Shown here: positions 9,904-18,354 of the stretch, one piece after another
How positions within the stretch are numbered: the stretch's first letter is position 1
Layout: each line of letters begins with the position of its first letter
From: Candidatus Eiseniibacteriota bacterium
Lineage (GTDB): Bacteria; Eisenbacteria; RBG-16-71-46
NCBI GenBank assembly: GCA_044223005.1
Contig: JBGAML010000001.1
Location: 256,001-320,000 of the forward strand
DNA length: 64,000 nucleotides
Direction of reading: 5' to 3'
Notes under the pieces: model-generated
The model's database searches: none
The model's input: only the letters and a program-made list of their open reading frames with translations
Told to the model about the DNA's origin: nothing
Program-made: the position numbers and the translations under genes

Positions 9904-11600
9904 GCGCCCGAGCCGCGAGCCCCGCGAACGCGCTGCGCCGGCTCGAAGCGCTGCGCGACACGTTCGGCCGCGACGCGGCGCGCGAGCGGCGCGCGCTCGT
10001 GACGCGGCTTTCGCGCGCGCGGTTCGCCACGGCGGACGCGCTCGCCCGCTTCCATGAAGCCCTCGTGCACGCGCGCGCCTACCCGGACGACGCCGCGACG
10101 CTGCGCGCCGTGGAGCGCGCGCTGCGAGGCTTCGCCGCGCGGCGCGACCTGCGCGCGCATCGCGCGGCGCTCGCCGATTCGGGAATCGCCGGGACGGACA
10201 CGCACTTCCGCTTCTTCGCCGCCACCGCGCTGCGGCTCGCGCGCGCGTGGCCCGAGCGGCTCGCCTACGACTGGGACGCGTGGGACGAACCCGCGCGCCT
10301 CGAGGAACTGCTGACCCTGCTCGCGAGCGAGGCCGAAGTCCCCGGCCTCGACGAGTGGGACCTGGGGCTCCGAGGCTGGCTCGCGCGCATGAAGCGCCCG
10401 CGCACCGGCGACGCGGCATTCGTCACGCGGCGGCTCGCCGAGCGCGTGCGCGATCCATTCCTGTTCGAGAAGCTGCACGACGGGATCGACGCGCCCATGG
10501 TGCTGCACTGGGGCCCCGGCGGTCCCTCGCGCACGCTCGCGCGCTGGGACGGCGCGCCGCGCGTGTACCAGAAGGCTGCGCTGCAGCGCGGCCGGCCCGA
10601 TCTCGCGACCGACGTGCTGCGCCCGCCCGTCTCGGTGACGGCCGTGCCGCGCCGCGAGGGCGAGCGGCTGGTCGCCATGGCCGCCGAGGCGATGGTGACG
10701 CGCAGCCGCGACCTCGACGTGTTCGCGTACGCCGACCCCGACGACGTGCGGATCATCGACTGCGGCGACGGCCTGCAGTTCGCCGCCATGGGCGCGATCC
10801 CGTCGCGGCGTCTGCTGCTGGAGTCCGTGTACGGATTCCTCACGCTCCGGAACGGCGTGCCTGCCGGTTACGTGCTGACGAGCGCGCTCTACGGCAGCGC
10901 CGAGATCGCCTACAACATCTTCGAGACGTTCCGTGGCGGCGAGGCCGGCAAGGTCTACGGCCGCGTGCTCGCGATGACGCGGCACCTGTTCGGCGTCGAC
11001 GCGTTCACGATCTATCCCTACCAGCTGGGCGGCGCCGGCAACGAGGAAGGCCTCGCGAGCGGCGCGTGGTGGTTCTACCGCAAGCTCGGCTTCGCACCGC
11101 GCGACCGCGCCGCGCGGCGGATCGTGGCGCGCGAAGAAGCGCGCATGCGCCGCAACCCCGAACACCGCTCGAGCCGCGCGACGCTGAAAGCCCTCGGGGA
11201 GCACAACGTCTACTGGCACCTCGGGGCGCGACGCGACGACGTGATCGGCGAGCTGCCGCTCGCCAACGTCGGGCTCGCCGCGATGGACTGGGTCGCGCAG
11301 CACTTCGGCGACGATCCCGACCGCGGCGCCGCCGCATGCGCGACGGAAGCCGCCGCACGCCTGGGCGCGGGCCCCGGTCCCGGCTGGACGCCCGCCGAGC
11401 GCCACGCGTTCGCGCGCTGGGCGCCGCTCGCTCTCATGCTGCCCGGCATCGCGCGCTGGAGCGCCGCCGAGCGCCGCGGGATGGCTGCGGTGATGCGAGC
11501 CAAGGGCTCGCGGCGAGAGAGCGACTTCGTGCGCGCGTTCGACGCGCACGCGAAGCTGCGCGAGGGCGTCGCGACGCTGGCGCGGACGACGAAGGCGTAG
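9900..11600 (+). CDS. Hypothetical soluble protein (566 aa) with a possible degenerate GNAT-like region
   Basis: Strong host codon bias from GTG 9900 onward; globular composition; WWFYRKLGF motif. Confidence 0.75.
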   Translation: MSARAASPANALRRLEALRDTFGRDAARERRALVTRLSRARFATADALARFHEALVHARAYPDDAATLRAVERALRGFAARRDLRAHRAALADSGIAGTDTHFRFFAATALRLARAWPERLAYDWDAWDEPARLEELLTLLASEAEVPGLDEWDLGLRGWLARMKRPRTGDAAFVTRRLAERVRDPFLFEKLHDGIDAPMVLHWGPGGPSRTLARWDGAPRVYQKAALQRGRPDLATDVLRPPVSVTAVPRREGERLVAMAAEAMVTRSRDLDVFAYADPDDVRIIDCGDGLQFAAMGAIPSRRLLLESVYGFLTLRNGVPAGYVLTSALYGSAEIAYNIFETFRGGEAGKVYGRVLAMTRHLFGVDAFTIYPYQLGGAGNEEGLASGAWWFYRKLGFAPRDRAARRIVAREEARMRRNPEHRSSRATLKALGEHNVYWHLGARRDDVIGELPLANVGLAAMDWVAQHFGDDPDRGAAACATEAAARLGAGPGPGWTPAERHAFARWAPLALMLPGIARWSAAERRGMAAVMRAKGSRRESDFVRAFDAHAKLREGVATLARTTKA

Positions 11601-11631
11601 CGGCCGGGGCGCCAGCGCCCCGCCGCTCCCG

Positions 11632-12555
11632 CTACAGGATCGTCTTGCCCAGCGCGCTCAGCGCGAGTTCGGTCGCGAGGACGCCGGTCAGGTTCTGGTG
11701 GTCGAGGATCGGGTTCACCTCGACCAGGTCCAGCGCCACGATGTTCGCGCGGTCGTGGATCATCTCCATCGCGAGGTGCGCTTCGCGATAGCTGATGCCT
11801 CCCCACACGGGCGTACCGGTGCCGGGCGCGTCCTCGGGATCGACCACGTCGAGGTCGAACGAGACGTGGATGCCCGCGGTGCCGTCGCTGGCGATGCGGA
11901 TGCCTTCGTCCAGGACGTCGCGCATGCCGCGCTCGTCGAGGTCGCGCATCGTGTAGCAGGAGATGCCGCTCTTCTTGAAGAACTCGCGCTCGCCCGCGTC
12001 GAGGTCACGAATGCCGATCAGCACGCAGTTGCGCTTCGGGATCTTGGGCGAGCGGCCGCCGAGCTTCACCAGGTCGGGATCGCCGATGCCGAGGTTCACG
12101 GCGAGCGACATGCCGTGGATGTTGCCGCTCGGCGTCGTCTTGGGCGTGTTGGCGTCACCGTGCGCGTCGAACCAGATCAGGCCCAGCGACTCGCCCTGCT
12201 TCGCGTACCAGTTCGACGTCCCGGCCACCGAGCCGATCGCGATGCTGTGGTCACCACCCAGCACGAGCGGCATGCGTCCGTGTTCGAGCACCTCGTCCAC
12301 CTTCTGCATCAGGTCGAGGTTGGCCTTGAGGATCGGGCCCTTGTAGCGCAGGGAGTCGCTGCCGACCTTCTGGGTCTCGGCGATCATCACGTCGATGTCG
12401 CCGTAGTCGGTCACCTTGTGGCCGAGTCCCTCGAGGCGCTTCTCCAGGTCCGCGATGCGGATCGCCGAGGGCCCCATGTCGACACCGCGTCGGCCCGCGC
12501 CCAGGTCCAGCGGCACGCCGATGACTCCGATGTTGCGCTTGCGCTTGTTCGCCAT
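11632..12555 (-). CDS. rocF: Arginase
   Basis: GGDHSIAIGS, DAHGD, SGNIHGM, SFDLDVVDP...PGTGTPV and EVNP are the full arginase Mn-site motifs. Confidence 0.95.
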   Translation of the reverse strand: MANKRKRNIGVIGVPLDLGAGRRGVDMGPSAIRIADLEKRLEGLGHKVTDYGDIDVMIAETQKVGSDSLRYKGPILKANLDLMQKVDEVLEHGRMPLVLGGDHSIAIGSVAGTSNWYAKQGESLGLIWFDAHGDANTPKTTPSGNIHGMSLAVNLGIGDPDLVKLGGRSPKIPKRNCVLIGIRDLDAGEREFFKKSGISCYTMRDLDERGMRDVLDEGIRIASDGTAGIHVSFDLDVVDPEDAPGTGTPVWGGISYREAHLAMEMIHDRANIVALDLVEVNPILDHQNLTGVLATELALSALGKTIL

Positions 12556-12626
12556 CGGGAGACCCTACACGGCCGCGCTGGGCCGGTCCAACGCCCGGCC
12601 GCCGGGGCCCGGGGCGCGCCGGAACG

Positions 12627-15326
12627 TCAGGCGGCCCACCGATGCACGCAGTCGTGCAGCTTCTCGGGCACGATCGGCTTGGTGAGGAAATCGTCCATTC
12701 CCGCCTCGATGCAGGCCTCGTGGTCCGACTTCAGCGCGCTCGCCGTGAGGGCGACGATCCGCGGGCCGCTGCCGCGCGGGAAGCGGCGGCGGATCTCGCG
12801 CGTCGCCTCGAACCCGTCCATGTTGGGCATGTGACAGTCCATGATGACGAGGTGGTACGACTTCTCCTTCACCGCCTCGACCGCAAGCTGTCCGTCCCCC
12901 ACGACCTCGACGTCGCAGCCGGCCTTCTCGAGCAGCCGCTTGGCGAGCTTCTGGTTGACCGAGTTGTCCTCGGCCACCAGCACGCGCACCTGTTCGCCGT
13001 CCGCGCGCGCGAGGGGCTTCACCTCGGCGAGCCCCGTGGGCCGCGGCAGCAGCACGGTGTTGGCCGGCAGCGGCAGGTCGAACCAGAAGATCGAACCGCG
13101 CCCCTCTTCGCTCTCGACGCCGACCGCGCCCCCCATCAGCTCCGCCAGCCGCCGCGAGATCGCGAGCCCGAGCCCCGTGCCGCCGAAGCGGCGCGTGGTG
13201 GACGCGTCGACCTGCGTGAAGAGCTGGAACAGGTTCCCGAGCTTGTCCCTCGGGATCCCGATGCCGGTGTCCTCGATCTCGATCCGCGCGCGGCTCGACA
13301 CGTCGTCGCGGCGCAGGCGCACGGTGACGCCACCATCGGCCGTGAACTTGATCGCGTTGCCGACGAGGTTCAGCACCACCTGCCGGACGCGCACGGGATC
13401 GCCCTGGAACCCGGTCGGCACGGCCGGATCGGCGTCGAGCAGCAGGAAGAGGCCCTTGGCCTCCGCCTGCGGCCGCATGAGCTCGGTGATCTCCTGCAGC
13501 GTCTTCGGCAGGTCGTAGGGCAGGTGCTCCAGCTCGAGCCGGCCCGCCTCGATCTTCGAGAAGTCGAGGATGTCGTTGATGATCGTGAGCAGCGCCTGCC
13601 CCGAGTTGCGGATCGTGTTGACGCACTCGCGCTGGTCGTCGTCGAGCTTGCTGTCCAGCAGCACGTGCGTGAAGCCGAGCACGCCGTTCATGGGCGTGCG
13701 GATTTCATGACTCATGGTGGCGAGGAACTCCGCCTTGGCCTTCGCGGCCGCCTCGGCGCGGTCGCGCGCCTCGACCAGTTCGCGGTTGGCCTCCTCGAGG
13801 CGCTCCGCGTTGAGCCGCAGGGCTTCCTCGCGCTGCATGTCGAGCGTGACGTCGCGCTGGATCCCGACGTACGCGGTCACATCGCCGAACTCGTCGAGGA
13901 CGGGCGCGATCGACAGTGACGCGTGGAAGCGCGTGCCATCCTTGCGCACGTCGACGAGGCGGCCGGCCCAGCTTTCGCCGCGCGAGATCGTCGCCCACAT
14001 CTCCCGGTAGAACTCCGCGCCCTGCACGCCGCTGTTCAGCACGCTCAACGACTTGCCGCGGATCTCGTCGGCCGACCACCCGGTGATGCGGCTGAACGCG
14101 GGGTTCGTGCGCACGACGTGCCCCTTGCGGTCGGTGAGCACGACGGCGTCCGCCGACGAATCGAGCGCGAGCGCGAGACGGCGCTCGTGCTCCTCCATCT
14201 GGGAGCGCTGGACCACGATCGCGATCGAGGACGCGATCGCCAGTGCGAGCCGCTCGTCCTCGGCGTTGAGGGTATGGGCTTCGCGCCAGCCCAGCGTCAG
14301 CCGTCCGAGGAACTGGCCATCGTGCTGGATCGGGAACACCGCGATGGCGACGAGCCCTTCGTGCGCGAACAGCTCCCGCAGCGAGGCGGGCAGCGCCGAG
14401 TTCGCCACGTCGGTGGTCGAGAACGATTCGTCCGCGCCGAGCCCGAAGTCGAGCGTCCCGCGCTGCTCGATCCACTGGCGCACGTCGTCGGAGAAGCCCT
14501 CCCACGCGCGGAACCGCGGCAGGCCGTTCGGCTCGAGGATCGTGACCGCCGCGCTGTCGGCGCGCAGCGCTTCGCGCGCTCCGCCCACGGCCCCGGCACA
14601 CAGGTCGTCCACCGACCGCCGGCGCAGCATGAGCTCGTTGAGGCCCTGGAGCGCCTCGAGCTGCAGGACGCGCCGGGTGATCTCTTCTTCGTGCTCGACG
14701 ACCTCGGTGAGATCGCGGACGAGGACCGTGAAGCGCGGCTCGTCGCCGCCGGGCGATTCGCAGACCAGCAGGCCCGCGGGGAACGCCGCCCCGTCGCGCC
14801 GCTGCGCGCGCACGCGCCGCCCCTCGCCGTGCCGGACCACCGCGTGACGGGACGCGACGATCCAGTCCTTCTCGCCCGTGACTGCCAGCGCCATCAGCTC
14901 GAGCCCCACGAGTTCCGCCCGGGAATGCCCGAACACCCGCTCGGCCGCCGGGTTGGCGACGAGGATGCGCCCGTCGGAGCCGACGCCGAGCACGGCGTCC
15001 GGAACGGTGTCGACGACGACGCGCTGTCGCGCCTCGCTCGCCGAGAGCGCCGCGACGGCCTGGCGCTCGGCCTCGAAGTGATGCTGCAGCCGGCGTCCGA
15101 GCGGCGCGACGATCCAGAAGTAGAGAATCGGCGCCGCGATCAGGGACAGCGCCGTCGCGTCCGCGAACGAATCCCAGGGCTCGGCGAGACGCAGCCGGGC
15201 GAGCGCGAACATCAGCGCGCACTCGACCACGAAGATCGTGGCGAGCACGCGCGGCAGCACGCTGCCGAGGCCGATGCGCGCCGTCGACGGCGCGGTGTCT
15301 TCGCGGGAATCGCTCGAGTCGTCCAT
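12627..15326 (-). CDS. Hybrid sensor histidine kinase (2 TM, PAS, GAF, PAS, HisKA, HATPase, REC)
   Basis: FLATMSHEIRTPMNG, NLVGNAIKFT, DTGIGI and GGTGLGL; receiver VLVAEDN...IMDCHMPNMDG...KP; GAGG RBS at 15326. Confidence 0.93.
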   Translation of the reverse strand: MDDSSDSREDTAPSTARIGLGSVLPRVLATIFVVECALMFALARLRLAEPWDSFADATALSLIAAPILYFWIVAPLGRRLQHHFEAERQAVAALSASEARQRVVVDTVPDAVLGVGSDGRILVANPAAERVFGHSRAELVGLELMALAVTGEKDWIVASRHAVVRHGEGRRVRAQRRDGAAFPAGLLVCESPGGDEPRFTVLVRDLTEVVEHEEEITRRVLQLEALQGLNELMLRRRSVDDLCAGAVGGAREALRADSAAVTILEPNGLPRFRAWEGFSDDVRQWIEQRGTLDFGLGADESFSTTDVANSALPASLRELFAHEGLVAIAVFPIQHDGQFLGRLTLGWREAHTLNAEDERLALAIASSIAIVVQRSQMEEHERRLALALDSSADAVVLTDRKGHVVRTNPAFSRITGWSADEIRGKSLSVLNSGVQGAEFYREMWATISRGESWAGRLVDVRKDGTRFHASLSIAPVLDEFGDVTAYVGIQRDVTLDMQREEALRLNAERLEEANRELVEARDRAEAAAKAKAEFLATMSHEIRTPMNGVLGFTHVLLDSKLDDDQRECVNTIRNSGQALLTIINDILDFSKIEAGRLELEHLPYDLPKTLQEITELMRPQAEAKGLFLLLDADPAVPTGFQGDPVRVRQVVLNLVGNAIKFTADGGVTVRLRRDDVSSRARIEIEDTGIGIPRDKLGNLFQLFTQVDASTTRRFGGTGLGLAISRRLAELMGGAVGVESEEGRGSIFWFDLPLPANTVLLPRPTGLAEVKPLARADGEQVRVLVAEDNSVNQKLAKRLLEKAGCDVEVVGDGQLAVEAVKEKSYHLVIMDCHMPNMDGFEATREIRRRFPRGSGPRIVALTASALKSDHEACIEAGMDDFLTKPIVPEKLHDCVHRWAA

Positions 15327-15919
15327 GTCCTCTTCGCCGCCCTCCCTGCCCGACGGCACCTGGATGCGGGAGCACCGGGCACGTCGAAAACCGGGCCGCG
15401 GCGCACGGGGCCTTCCTTCGCGGGTCTCGACTCGGGGCGTCGAAACTTGAGGCGCACCCCGCGCGAGAATGTGCCCGGTGGCCCCGGGCCGACGTGTCCG
15501 GGTGGCCCCTCGGGCAGATCGCCTGTATTCTCCGGGTAGCGACCGGCACCTCTCCCACGAGCGCGGCAGGCGGAATCCGTACCAGGCCGGACCCGCCGGA
15601 GTTGCCCGCCCAGCGGCCGATCGTGTTCGCCGCACTCCCCGCGGCGCAGTCGCGCCCTCTCTCCGAGTCACAAGTCGACCGTCATTTGGCGGGTGTTCTC
15701 GTCCCGGTACAGCGTCGGGTCGGGCTGGCCGATGATTACCCGATATCGCCTCGCTCGTTCCCCGAACGTGGTCCCGGGCTTCGGTGTACCCCATGCCAAC
15801 TCCGGCCCGGCATCGCTCTTGCGGATAGGGGAAACCAGATCGTGGATGGCGGTAAGACATTGTCACACGAGAGGTCGCGTCACGAAGGGAGTCGCATTTT
15901 GCCCGCGCCCAGCCAGAAC

Positions 15920-16918
15920 CTGAGTGCAATTCCGCACCCCGAGCCGGCGGCGAAGCCCGCGCCGAAGCTCGAGGTCGTGCCCAAGGGCGACGCCAAGCCC
16001 AAGGCGGCCAAGCCCGTTCCCGCTCGGCCGGCCGGGAAGAAGGGGCACGGCGACGCGGTCGCGATCGTCGTTTCGATCCTGCTGCCGCTGGCCGTGACGG
16101 CCTGGGGTTGGAGCTACTACGTCGCGCCGCGCGCGGGCCGGCTGCGCCACCCGATGCACGCGCTCCTGAAGTCCTCGGGACCCGTCGGCCTCGGCCTGGG
16201 CGTGGTCGGGCTCGCGCTCTTCATCTTCATGTGGCTGTACCCGTTCCGGAAGTCGGTGAAGTGGCTCGCATGGACCGGCCCGCTGGGCTCGTGGATGCGC
16301 GTGCACGTCGTCGCCGGCCTCGCGATCCCGGTGATCGTGGCGGTGCACGCCGGCTGGCGGTTCGAGGGGCTGATCGGCCTCGGCTACCTCTCCATGTTCG
16401 TCGTCAGTCTCTCGGGCATCGTCGGGCGCTACCTCTACGTGCACATCCCGCGCAGCCGGAACGGCCTCGAGATGACCATGGAGGACGTGGCGAACGAGCG
16501 CCGCGCGCTCGTCACCAACATCGCCGCGGCGACGGGCATGGTGCCGGCCGAGGTCGAGCGCCGGCTGGTGTCGGACACGGCCTCGTACGAAGGGCTCGAC
16601 CCGATCCGCACGCTCTGGCGCATGGTGCAGGACGACGTGTCCCGCGGCCGCACGCTCAAGGAGCTCGAGCGCGAGCTGTCCAAGCCTCGCCCCGGCCGCC
16701 AGCCGCTCGAGGGTCACGAGCTGCGTGAGACGATGCGCCTCGCCCGCCGCGAGCTCACGCTGTCGCAGCAGGTCCGCATGCTCGAAGCCACGCGCCGCGT
16801 GTTCGGCTACTGGCACGTCGCCCACCGGCCGTTCGCGATCACGGCGCTCGTCGCGGTGATCGTCCACGTGATCGTCGCCATGGTCGTCGGCGGCATCGGG
16901 TTCTCGCTGGGGCACTGA
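15920..16918 (+). CDS. Inner-membrane protein with paired His in TM helices (cytochrome b / ferric-reductase-like); start uncertain
   Basis: About 5 TM helices; WMRVHVVAG...VAVHAG and WHVAHRPF...IVHVI; its stop overlaps the next ATG (TGATG). Confidence 0.75.
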   Translation: MSAIPHPEPAAKPAPKLEVVPKGDAKPKAAKPVPARPAGKKGHGDAVAIVVSILLPLAVTAWGWSYYVAPRAGRLRHPMHALLKSSGPVGLGLGVVGLALFIFMWLYPFRKSVKWLAWTGPLGSWMRVHVVAGLAIPVIVAVHAGWRFEGLIGLGYLSMFVVSLSGIVGRYLYVHIPRSRNGLEMTMEDVANERRALVTNIAAATGMVPAEVERRLVSDTASYEGLDPIRTLWRMVQDDVSRGRTLKELERELSKPRPGRQPLEGHELRETMRLARRELTLSQQVRMLEATRRVFGYWHVAHRPFAITALVAVIVHVIVAMVVGGIGFSLGH

Positions 16919-18354
16919 TGTTCAACCTGATCACCACCGTCGTGTTCGTCGCGGTCACGCTCGTGCTCGCGGCGATGCACGCGAAGAAGACCAGCAAGGG
17001 CGCGCCCGCCGCGACCAAGAAGTGCCCGCGTTGCGGCACGAAGCTCGCCGACAGCGCGGCGCACTGCACCGGCTGCAAGGCGCCGCTGCAGGCGTTCGAG
17101 CTCGTCACGGCCAAGGTCGTGTCCGGCGAGAAGAAGGCCGACACGGGGCCGCTGCACGCAATCGTGCGCGCCGACGTGTGCGTCGGCTGCGGTACCTGCG
17201 TTCCCGCATGTCCCGAGCCGGGCGCGATCCAGCTGGTCAACAAGGTCGCCAAGGTGAACCTCGACCTCTGCAAGGGCCACGGCCTCTGCGCGGCGGCCTG
17301 TCCCGTGGGCGGCATCATCATCACCGCCGGCGCGGCCGTGCAGGAGGTGGAGACGCCGGACCTCACGCCCAACTTCGAATCGACCTCGCTGCCGGGCGTC
17401 TACGTGGTCGGCGAGCTCGGCGGCCGCGGCCTGATCAAGAACGCGATCAACGAAGGCCGCCTCGCGATGGAACACGTCGCGCAGACGCTCGCCGACGATC
17501 CGTTCCGAGGCAACACCGAGGGTGGCGTTCACGATGTCGCCGTGGTCGGCGCCGGGCCCGCGGGGCTCTCGGCCGGGCTCGAAGCGATGCACCAGGGCCT
17601 GCGCTACGTGCTGCTGGAGCAGGGCACGCTCGCGGACACGATCTCCAAGTACCCGCGCAACAAGCTGCTCTTCGCCGAACCGCTGCACGTGCCGCTCTAC
17701 GGCAACATGTGGGTCGCCGACGCCTCCAAGGAGGCGCTGCTCGCCTGCTGGCAGAACGTGATCGACAAGACCGGCCTGCGCATCCAGGCGCACACCCGCA
17801 TCGAATCGATCGAACGGCAGGAAGGCGTCTACCGCCTCGTCGCGGGCGAGCGCGTCTTCCGCGCCCGCCGGGTCGTGCTCGCGATGGGCCGCCGCGGGAC
17901 GCCGCGCCGGCTCGGCGTGCCGGGCGAGGAGATGGACAAGGTCCTCTACGACATCATCGAGATGGAAGCCTTCGCGGGCGAGCGCATGCTCGTGGTCGGC
18001 GGCGGCGACAGCGCGATCGAATCGGCGCTCGGCCTCGCGAACCAGAAGGGCACCACGGTGACGCTCTCCTACCGCGGCAGCGAGTTCGGCCGCGCCAAGG
18101 ACCGCAATCGCGAAAAGCTGGACGCGGCGATTGCGGCCAAGCGCGTCGAGCTCCTGCTCGAGAGCCAGGTGAAGGAAATCCGCCGCGACGTCGTCCTGCT
18201 CGAGCACCAGGGCACCATCCGGCTCCTGCCGAACGACACGGTCGTCGTGCGCGTGGGCGGCGAGGCTCCGTATCCGTTCCTGCAGCGGATCGGGATCAAG
18301 ATCGTGAAGAAGGAACTGGCGATCGACATGGAAGCCTCGGAGAAGAGCGGATGA
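16918..18354 (+). CDS. Membrane-anchored 4Fe-4S dicluster + FAD/NAD(P)H oxidoreductase (TrxB/YpdA-like)
   Basis: N-terminal TM; CPRC..CTGC; CVGCGTCVPACP and CKGHGLCAAACP; VVGAGPAG (FAD); VVGGGDSA..SYR (NADPH). Confidence 0.9.
   Translation: MFNLITTVVFVAVTLVLAAMHAKKTSKGAPAATKKCPRCGTKLADSAAHCTGCKAPLQAFELVTAKVVSGEKKADTGPLHAIVRADVCVGCGTCVPACPEPGAIQLVNKVAKVNLDLCKGHGLCAAACPVGGIIITAGAAVQEVETPDLTPNFESTSLPGVYVVGELGGRGLIKNAINEGRLAMEHVAQTLADDPFRGNTEGGVHDVAVVGAGPAGLSAGLEAMHQGLRYVLLEQGTLADTISKYPRNKLLFAEPLHVPLYGNMWVADASKEALLACWQNVIDKTGLRIQAHTRIESIERQEGVYRLVAGERVFRARRVVLAMGRRGTPRRLGVPGEEMDKVLYDIIEMEAFAGERMLVVGGGDSAIESALGLANQKGTTVTLSYRGSEFGRAKDRNREKLDAAIAAKRVELLLESQVKEIRRDVVLLEHQGTIRLLPNDTVVVRVGGEAPYPFLQRIGIKIVKKELAIDMEASEKSG

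Noticed and set aside
15850..15890. Possible CRP/FNR/Rex site (ttgtcaca...gtcacgaa) upstream of the cytochrome operon
   Set aside because: Only half-sites are present, with no properly spaced palindrome.
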